DNA of 33,494 nucleotides from a bacterium (GTDB lineage Bacteria; SZUA-182; DTGQ01): NCBI GenBank assembly GCA_040752695.1, contig JBFMGO010000063.1, positions 1 to 33,494 of the forward strand, read 5' to 3'. Shown piece by piece: positions 26,969 to 33,494 of this stretch (position 1 is its first letter; each line of letters starts with the position of its first letter). The notes under the pieces were generated by a model. It saw only the letters and a program-made list of their open reading frames with translations, ran no database searches and was not told where the DNA came from. The position numbers and the translations under genes were made by a program.

Positions 26969-29569
26969 ATGTTTCAAAAACCTGGTCACAGAACCAGCCG
27001 CACGTGCCTCTCCACCGCAGCTCTCGGCCTTTTCCTTTCTGCGGCACTCGTTTTCTTTCCTCATCAGGCAGAGGGTGTTAATCAGCAGATCGAGGAAGAA
27101 ATAACTATTCCCTGGACGGTTCAGATCACGTTTGGTATTCGCGGTCCGAAGCCTTTGATCTGGGATGGAAAGGCACAGGTAAGCAAAGGACAGATCGAAA
27201 ACCTGCAAGGCGTTAATTTTACGGATACCGATACGCTCATCCCAAAAGAGAGCCGGTGGAAATGCAGTATTGACCGGCTGCGGGGCAGCGAAATTGCAGA
27301 AGACCTGGGAGGGCTCTCGCCAAGAGAGTATCTGGAGGAGCGAGTGGCCAAAGGGGTCGTTCTTGACCTGAGCACACCCCTCTCGGCCAGAGTATCCATA
27401 ACCACCGAGGCAGGGGTTTTTTCCTTTTCTCATGCTGATTTAACCTTCGGCAGTCCCATCGAGCGACTGGACGGGAACATTAAACTTCAACTGCTTCCGC
27501 GCTCCTTTCGATTTGGATCCAAGGAACAGACGAATAACTATCCGGCCGTTGCCATGGACAGCCAGGAAAATGTCTGGGCAGCCTGGACCTGCTATGAGGG
27601 AGGAGCGGAACGGCTGGTTTTGCGCAAATACGATGGCCAGACCTGGAGCCAGGAAACCGTGATTGCCGATTCAGGCTGCTATCTGCAACCCTCTCTGTCC
27701 GGAGATAAGGAAGGCGGCTTGTGGGCATGCTGGGCCGGCCGGGTCAACGACAATTGGGATGTTTACGCAAGACACTATAAAGATGGCAAGTGGTCTTCGG
27801 TCACGCGCATCACCGAACACCCTGCCCCGGACACCGATCAGCAGATCTTCGTGGATGCAAATAACCGTTTATGGGTCTGCTGGCAGAGCTTTCAGTTCGG
27901 CACTGCCGATATTTTTATGAAATACCTCGACCAGGGCCAATGGTCTGCCATCATCCGGGTTACGGACCATCCGGGGAATGACTGGCAGCCTGCCATTACC
28001 GTAGATAACCTGGGAAACGCTTTCCTTGCCTGGGATACCTACAGGAACAAAAAACACCTTATACTCCTGCGCAAATTTGCCAATCAACGCCTCTGGCCGG
28101 AAATTGAAATAACTTCCACCGATAATTACGTAGCTCATGCCAATTTGACCTGTGATACCCATGGCCGCGTGTGGATCGCCTGGGATGTCTCAGGAGAAAA
28201 CTGGGGATTCGGCGAGGATGAAGAGGACCGGGTCATTACCCTGAGTAAGTTCGAGGCCATCGAGACGCAGATCAACTATAACAAAACGCCTATGGAAGGA
28301 AGACGCGGCCGGTACAACTCTCGAAAGCTCGGCCTGGTTTGCTATTATGGAGATAAGCTCTATGAAACCAGCGAGGATCTCTACGCCAGACTTCCCCAAA
28401 CCATAAAAATGTATTCTGATCTGCCGCAATTACAAACTGATTCCAGTGGGCGCCTCTGGCTTTTCTTCCATCACTACATCGGTAAAATCCCCTTCTATAT
28501 TCATGATAAGCTCATGGAAGTATGGAAAGTGTATGGAATCTTCTATGATGGCAACTCCTGGTCTTCTCCCATTGAATTCTCCGAAACGACCTGGCGCAAC
28601 ATCTTTGCTCCTTCGGTTTGCGTAGGACAAAAGCGAGGTGACATCTGGATCACCTACGCCGGCGACAATCGCCGGGATGGCACCAGGCAACTGGAGCCTG
28701 CCGGTATCTGCGTGTCTACCTTCACCATGGACAAGATATCCCCCCATAATATGGATCTTAAACTCAGCGCGACGCAGCCCAGGATGATCGAGCAGGCATC
28801 TTATACCGAAGTGACGCCGGTGCCGAAAAAACGCTATGAATCCACACTGGGTCTTGAAAAGTATCAATTATTCTGGGGAACCCTCCATGAACAGCACGAT
28901 GTACGCGGCCGTATGGCTATGGATGGGTTCGTGGTCGATGCTTTCAAATACGCTCTGGATGACCAGCAGTATGACTTTTTAGGGATATCGGATTATACCT
29001 TTCGCAACACAAGCTGGTTCGGCTCACAAAACTACTCACTCTGGGAAGCTCAAAAGGCCATTTCCCGCTATTCCAATAAAAAGGACTTTCTCTCTTTCTA
29101 TGTACCGGGGAGAAGCCCTTACAAACGGGCGCCGGGCCATTCCCTGCAAAAGAAACCCGTGCCGAAGGGAATGCCGGTTATTACCGTTGTTTACGCCAAG
29201 GATTTCACTGATAAATCCTTTAACGAGGCGCTTGAGAAAAAACGCAACTATATTGCCACGGACTGGATTATTCTTGATTTTACGGTGGAAGGGCATCCGA
29301 TGGGTGACAAATTCCCAAGCAGGAACCGCTATCCCAGGTGCCTGGCCAAGGTTATGGGCACTGACGATCTTGAGCAGGTGGATATCATCCGCAATGCCAA
29401 ATGCATTTACAGCTCAAAAAACATTACAGGAAAAGATGCAGATATCACCTTTGTGGATATGGGCCTGCCTCTGGATAAAAAGGATGATTATCACTACTTT
29501 ATCCAGATTAAGCAAAAAAATGGGGCCATGGCCTGGACTCCACCTATTTGCTACCATTTTATACCTTAA
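26969..29569 (+). CDS. Secreted beta-propeller-repeat protein with degenerate PHP/DUF3604-like C-terminal region
   Basis: Signal peptide; repeated P-x-hydrophobic-D-xx-G-x-(V/L)W..W blades; LFWGTLHEQH...YALD...DFLGISDY; EALEKKRNYIAT, VDIIRNA, AWTPPI. Confidence 0.7.
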   Translation: MFQKPGHRTSRTCLSTAALGLFLSAALVFFPHQAEGVNQQIEEEITIPWTVQITFGIRGPKPLIWDGKAQVSKGQIENLQGVNFTDTDTLIPKESRWKCSIDRLRGSEIAEDLGGLSPREYLEERVAKGVVLDLSTPLSARVSITTEAGVFSFSHADLTFGSPIERLDGNIKLQLLPRSFRFGSKEQTNNYPAVAMDSQENVWAAWTCYEGGAERLVLRKYDGQTWSQETVIADSGCYLQPSLSGDKEGGLWACWAGRVNDNWDVYARHYKDGKWSSVTRITEHPAPDTDQQIFVDANNRLWVCWQSFQFGTADIFMKYLDQGQWSAIIRVTDHPGNDWQPAITVDNLGNAFLAWDTYRNKKHLILLRKFANQRLWPEIEITSTDNYVAHANLTCDTHGRVWIAWDVSGENWGFGEDEEDRVITLSKFEAIETQINYNKTPMEGRRGRYNSRKLGLVCYYGDKLYETSEDLYARLPQTIKMYSDLPQLQTDSSGRLWLFFHHYIGKIPFYIHDKLMEVWKVYGIFYDGNSWSSPIEFSETTWRNIFAPSVCVGQKRGDIWITYAGDNRRDGTRQLEPAGICVSTFTMDKISPHNMDLKLSATQPRMIEQASYTEVTPVPKKRYESTLGLEKYQLFWGTLHEQHDVRGRMAMDGFVVDAFKYALDDQQYDFLGISDYTFRNTSWFGSQNYSLWEAQKAISRYSNKKDFLSFYVPGRSPYKRAPGHSLQKKPVPKGMPVITVVYAKDFTDKSFNEALEKKRNYIATDWIILDFTVEGHPMGDKFPSRNRYPRCLAKVMGTDDLEQVDIIRNAKCIYSSKNITGKDADITFVDMGLPLDKKDDYHYFIQIKQKNGAMAWTPPICYHFIP

Positions 29570-29589
29570 GTGGAAAGGGAAGAGTCCGC

Positions 29590-30615
29590 ATGAACAGCAA
29601 AGAGTTTCTTAAGAAGAGAAAAACGTTTCTCGTTATCCTGGGTGCAGGAGCCGTTTGTTTTCTCCTCTCTCTGTGGCTACTCAATAACTATATTTTGGAT
29701 CGTCCCGCTTTCTGCATCACCTGCCACCCTATTCAAAGCGCTTATGACTCATGGCAAAAGGCCAGGCATAGGCCGGAATATACGAAAAACAGTTGCAATG
29801 TCTGCCATGTCCAGCCTGGACTGGTCGGATCGGTCAAGGCTTCCATATATGGTGTGGAAAATGTCTACGAATTCTGGTTTGGCCCTGGCGAGGATGATAT
29901 CAAAGCATCCAGGCCGGTCTACTGCACGCAGAAAGGGTGCCATGAACAGATGGAAAAGTCCATGTTCGGGAAAAAGGTCCGGGTGAACCATGGCATGCAT
30001 ATGAGTATGGGATATGCCTGCGTCATCTGCCATGACCGGGTAGCCCATGAAGAATACGCCATGGTCTCGAATCTCTCGATGATGAGGGATTTTTGCTTCT
30101 CCTGTCATAATGACGAGGTGGCACCCAGAAAAGAGTGCGGTGTTTGCCATGTCTACCAGGATCGAATGATGAAAGGGCTCGATGCGCCGGAAGAGTTCCC
30201 CCAAATTGCCTCTCTTCATTATCAGGCCGGTGAGGAAGAACCCTGCCAGAATTGTCACGTAGATCTTCGGGAATCGGCAGAAAAAAGCTGCCTCAACTGC
30301 CACGGGGAAGATACGCTCCTCAAGCACCAGAAAGATAAAGCCGACTTCAGTCAAAGGCTCGATCAGGTCAAAGCGCAGATCACCGAGGTCGAGACCATGA
30401 TGGCTAAGATCAGGAAACCGGAGGCTCAAGGGATAGATCCTGCCTGGGACCAGACCTTTGCTCTCTTCCAGACAGTTCAGAAAAACTACACCTACCTGAT
30501 CCAGGATAACAGTAAAGGGTCCCATAATCAGAAACTGTCAATGACAATCCTGACCAAACTGGAAGGCGATGCTCAAAGAGTACGGTACTCTTTATACAGT
30601 TATCAGGGGATATGA
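29590..30615 (+). CDS. Membrane-anchored multihaem cytochrome c (7 CxxCH plus 1 CX4CH)
   Basis: N-terminal TM helix then CITCH, CNVCH, CTQKGCH, CVICH, CFSCH, CGVCH, CQNCH, CLNCH; NapC/NirT-like start; C-terminal helices with DNSKGSHN. Confidence 0.9.
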   Translation: MNSKEFLKKRKTFLVILGAGAVCFLLSLWLLNNYILDRPAFCITCHPIQSAYDSWQKARHRPEYTKNSCNVCHVQPGLVGSVKASIYGVENVYEFWFGPGEDDIKASRPVYCTQKGCHEQMEKSMFGKKVRVNHGMHMSMGYACVICHDRVAHEEYAMVSNLSMMRDFCFSCHNDEVAPRKECGVCHVYQDRMMKGLDAPEEFPQIASLHYQAGEEEPCQNCHVDLRESAEKSCLNCHGEDTLLKHQKDKADFSQRLDQVKAQITEVETMMAKIRKPEAQGIDPAWDQTFALFQTVQKNYTYLIQDNSKGSHNQKLSMTILTKLEGDAQRVRYSLYSYQGI

Positions 30616-30716
30616 TTATCCGAGGATAAAAAGTATAATGAGGACCGGGGATAAAAAAATGAGAACCGGGGATAAAAGGTATAATAAGGTATAATGAGGA
30701 TAAAAAGCATAATAAG
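30616..30716. repeat. Degenerate G(A/G)GGATAAAA...TATAAT repeats after the cytochrome stop
   Basis: gaggataaaaagtataat / ccggggataaaaaaat / ccggggataaaaggtataat / gaggataaaaagcataat. Confidence 0.7.
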
Positions 30717-30881
30717 GGCAGGGTACAAGCCCTGCCCATTCACTGGACAGAGAGAGAGTCTGGTAACGGTCGGATCCCTGACCGGGTTGCTGGATCTCCC
30801 CCATACCGCTGCTGATGGGTATTACCAGATGAATAGTTCCTTGAAGCTTTGCCAATAGCCGGGATTTTCGGCAATTTTGTG

Positions 30882-30953
30882 TTATTGACTCATACTTACT
30901 AAATATTACTGACCCACACTTACTGAATGTTATTAACTCACATTTACTGAAAT
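30882..30953. repeat. 24-bp x3 degenerate tandem repeat including the hsp20 3' end
   Basis: ttattgactcatacttactaaata / ttactgacccacacttactgaatg / ttattaactcacatttactgaaat. Confidence 0.8.
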
Positions 30954-31349
30954 CTTTTTCGGTTTCTGTTTTTCAACCCTGGGTAACTGGATTGTCAGAA
31001 CACCGTGCCTGGTCTGCGCGGTTATCTTTTCCTGATCAACACCTTCACCCAACTGGAATTGGCGATAGAAGTGAAGGAGCCTGTATTCAGTACTGACCGG
31101 ATTCCCCGGTGCACTATGCTTTGTTTTTCCCTGAATCGTCAAGATATTATCATCTACCCGAATATCAATGCCATCCTTGTCAACACCGGGAAGATCAGCT
31201 ACTACGGTTAAACCTTCCTGAGTCTCATAGATATCCACCGGCGGCGCAAGATAGCGCTCCTCCTGACGGGTATTTTCCCTCGTTCCCGGTATTTTCTTCT
31301 CTTCTTCTGCTGCTGGTGCTGTTGTTGTTGCAATGGTTTTTTCAGCCAT
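30933..31349 (-). CDS. Hsp20/alpha-crystallin small heat-shock protein
   Basis: PPVDIYET, ADLPGV, FYRQF, HGVLTIQLP, KKISV; start at MAEK with GGAGG. Confidence 0.93.
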   Translation of the reverse strand: MAEKTIATTTAPAAEEEKKIPGTRENTRQEERYLAPPVDIYETQEGLTVVADLPGVDKDGIDIRVDDNILTIQGKTKHSAPGNPVSTEYRLLHFYRQFQLGEGVDQEKITAQTRHGVLTIQLPRVEKQKPKKISVNVS

Positions 31350-31395
31350 GGTTATCTCCTCCATATAATTATCCTGAACAATTACTCTGTACAAT

Positions 31396-31854
31396 TTACC
31401 CTATATTCACGACTATTTGTTTTGGTTTAGCCTTCTCGGTCTTTGGCAGAGTGACCAGCAGTAAGCCGTTTTTATAGTCTGCCTTGATTTTAGTATCATC
31501 AACTTCATCAGGTAATTCCACGGTACGGACAAATGTTCCGACAGCCCGTTCACTGCGGTGAAAGGCTTCGGGTTTGACATTGGTACCAGAGCCGTTCTTC
31601 TCCCCCGCGATGGTAAGTGCATTACCTGTTACCGAAATGTTCAAAGTCTCCGGATTTACACCCGGAGCCAGGGCTTGGACGTAGTAAGCGTCTTTGTCTT
31701 CGTTCAGGTTAACCAGCGGGTAGCTTCGAGCCGCCTTTCCCGGCAAAAACGAGATACGGGAAAAGGGGAGATCCCACGTTCCAAGGCTTCCAAAGACACG
31801 GTCCATCTCACGGCGTAATTCATCTAATTCACGGAATGAATTCCAGTAAGTCAT
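31396..31854 (-). CDS. Hsp20/alpha-crystallin small heat-shock protein
   Basis: YPLVNL, APGV, RSER..GTFVRTVELP, YKNGLLLVTLPK; start at MTYW with AAGGAGG. Confidence 0.93.
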   Translation of the reverse strand: MTYWNSFRELDELRREMDRVFGSLGTWDLPFSRISFLPGKAARSYPLVNLNEDKDAYYVQALAPGVNPETLNISVTGNALTIAGEKNGSGTNVKPEAFHRSERAVGTFVRTVELPDEVDDTKIKADYKNGLLLVTLPKTEKAKPKQIVVNIG

Positions 31855-31965
31855 GGTGAAAACCTCCTTCACTGTAGAAACATGTTATTGGTAATGTCCC
31901 ACACCGTTTTTGTGGGGTGAACTTATTGAAAATAATATCAATTTGTCTTTTTGTATATATTAAAT

Positions 31966-31982
31966 AGCATATCCCGTGCCAA
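31966..31982 (-). promoter_or_regulatory. Sigma54 promoter of the hsp20 pair
   Basis: TTGGCACGGGATATGCT, near-consensus TGGCACG-N4-(T/A)TGC. Confidence 0.75.
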
Positions 31983-32273
31983 CTTTACCAGCTTAAGGTC
32001 TGGACAATATTTCATTGTAAAGTCAATCTGTTATACGCTTATTGACAATCAGGATAAAAAATGACAGCCAGCGGCTGTCCGACGTTTCTGCAACGTCACT
32101 TTGGACATCCGACGTCGCGTTGCCGCACCCTCAACGAATAGAAATACAATTACGATGAGTATAGCCATTCTGATGACCACCGGCACCGGGCATCAGCCGT
32201 CGTCCGCTCCTTGGCAGGAGCAAGAGTTTGGGAAAGGTTATGGAAGGAGTCATGGTGACGGACGCTCCGCATG

Positions 32274-32340
32274 GGCTATCGCGCTGTCGTATAGGCTATC
32301 GCGCTGTTGTAGAGGCATTGCCGTCGTATAGAGGCTATTA
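32274..32340. repeat. ~20-bp degenerate tandem repeat x3
   Basis: ggctatcgcgctgtcgtata ggctatcgcgctgttgtaga ggcattgccgtcgtataga ggctatta. Confidence 0.8.
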
Positions 32341-32355
32341 TGGTCGCACATAAGC

Positions 32356-32395
32356 AAATAAGGAAAGCATCCCGCCCTCTCCCAGGCGGAATGCT
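32356..32395 (-). terminator. Rho-independent terminator of the Ser/Thr-rich gene
   Basis: AGCATTCCGCC-N8-GGCGGGATGCT followed by TTCCTTATTT. Confidence 0.65.
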
Positions 32396-32438
32396 CTTCT
32401 TGTTCTGGTAATTTGCCTGTTTCCATCCTCTTCTCTTA

Positions 32439-33338
32439 TCAGTAAATGATCGAGGGATAGTTACCCGTACTGCTCGTAGTGGGTGGGGAGTAGTATACAG
32501 GAGAATAGCTCTGATAATTGCTGACAACGCCAGGGTAGCCATAGATGGTGTTACTGACAGGATAGTAGGGAGCATAACTGCCGCCAGTGTAGGGAACGTA
32601 ACCGCCAGCGTAGATGGAATAATAAGTGCCGCCGGCGAGAGGATTGCTATAAATACCGAGATCAGTGGAGAAGACACCGGTAGTTACGCTCGTCCCAATG
32701 TTGCTCACACTGTTCACATAGGCAGTCAATGGGCCATAGTTCAGGTTTGCCCATAGGGAACCTGCGCCCGTGTATGCCGGTATCGTACCGGGGACATAAG
32801 TCATGCCGCCCTCTGCGGTACTTATTGTCCCGGTCCAGGGGCTGTTATAGTACATGAAGGAGCCGGTCTGACCTATTCCCCAGTCCGGTCCAAATGAGCC
32901 CGAAGTATAAGATTCTCCGGTCCATGGGTTATAGCTGCTGGTAACCTTATACCACTCCGCGTTTCGAGAAGCAGGCTGAGTTTGAAGGGATATTCCGCTA
33001 CCAGTACCGGCAGTTGTTCCAAGGTTTGTTATGATCCCACTGCCTATCGTCGTTCCCCCTGCCGTTCTGGTGCCAGTCATTGTCGAGCTGTTGGTGGGTG
33101 TAAAGCTGCCCAATACCGTCCCCCCCGCCGTTCTGGAGCCAGTCGTTGCTGAGCTGCTGGACGTTGTTGTTCCTCTGGACGATGATGAGCTGTTCGATAC
33201 CGTTCCCCCCGCCGTCCTGGAGCCAGTCGTTGCTGAACTGCTGGACGTTGTTGTTCCTCTGGACGATGATGAACTGCCCGGCATTGTTCCCCCAGCCGTT
33301 CTGGTGCTTGCTGCGGCAGCCACGGCTACAGAGGCCAA
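32439..33338 (-). CDS. Ser/Thr/Gly-repeat, Tyr-rich low-complexity protein (start uncertain)
   Basis: ~299 aa; four RTAGGT-initiated repeats (spacings 84, 84, 66 bp); Tyr/Gly/Ser-rich C-terminal half; no clear RBS or ATG. Confidence 0.7.
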   Translation of the reverse strand: MASVAVAAAASTRTAGGTMPGSSSSSRGTTTSSSSATTGSRTAGGTVSNSSSSSRGTTTSSSSATTGSRTAGGTVLGSFTPTNSSTMTGTRTAGGTTIGSGIITNLGTTAGTGSGISLQTQPASRNAEWYKVTSSYNPWTGESYTSGSFGPDWGIGQTGSFMYYNSPWTGTISTAEGGMTYVPGTIPAYTGAGSLWANLNYGPLTAYVNSVSNIGTSVTTGVFSTDLGIYSNPLAGGTYYSIYAGGYVPYTGGSYAPYYPVSNTIYGYPGVVSNYQSYSPVYYSPPTTSSTGNYPSIIY

Positions 33339-33494
33339 GCTGAAACCTCCAACTGTCAGAGTAGTAGCTAAGTGGTCCTATCGCTAAGTAAGTAATCACA
33401 AATTAAGTGTAGAGCCAAAACCACCCAAGATAGATTTTGGGAGAAGTTCAGGGATCTTCTTCCAGATATAAGGATGCTTATGAGCGTTCCAAAA

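Overview
Bacterial (diderm: lptE present) chromosomal window with three zones. (1) 278-12.5 kb: a minus-strand defence operon, SNF2-like helicase - fic - type III mod - res. Small toxin-antitoxin-like genes sit between mod and res (DUF4258/DUF2283-like pair, DUF433, nucleotidyltransferase plus 74-aa partner, HicB-like pseudogene). The fic gene lies between two copies of the helicase 3' end. (2) 12.75-21.1 kb: nested mobile-element scar. A RIT (recombinase-in-trio) element with 32-bp terminal inverted repeats is flanked on both sides by inward-facing 5' halves of two different IS66 copies, both cut at the same tnpB codon. One IS66 interrupts an IS4 transposase and the other an HU/IHF gene, which suggests a RIT-associated rearrangement breakpoint. 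An IS982 remnant is fused to truncated ritA, and an AT-rich stretch of gene fragments follows. (3) 21.2-33.5 kb: two tandem copies of an uncharacterised two-gene module behind sigma54-type promoters, encoding secreted, almost uncharged proteins (Trp/Pro-rich 'A'; Tyr/Pro- then Thr/Leu-rich 'B'). Then holA, lptE, a secreted propeller/degenerate-PHP protein with an 8-haem cytochrome c, a sigma54-type hsp20 pair and a Ser/Thr/Gly/Tyr repeat protein. Degenerate short tandem duplications echoing gene 3' ends, or expanding in frame, recur throughout. No rRNA, tRNA or CRISPR array was seen. Family names come from motif recognition and recall, not from database searches.
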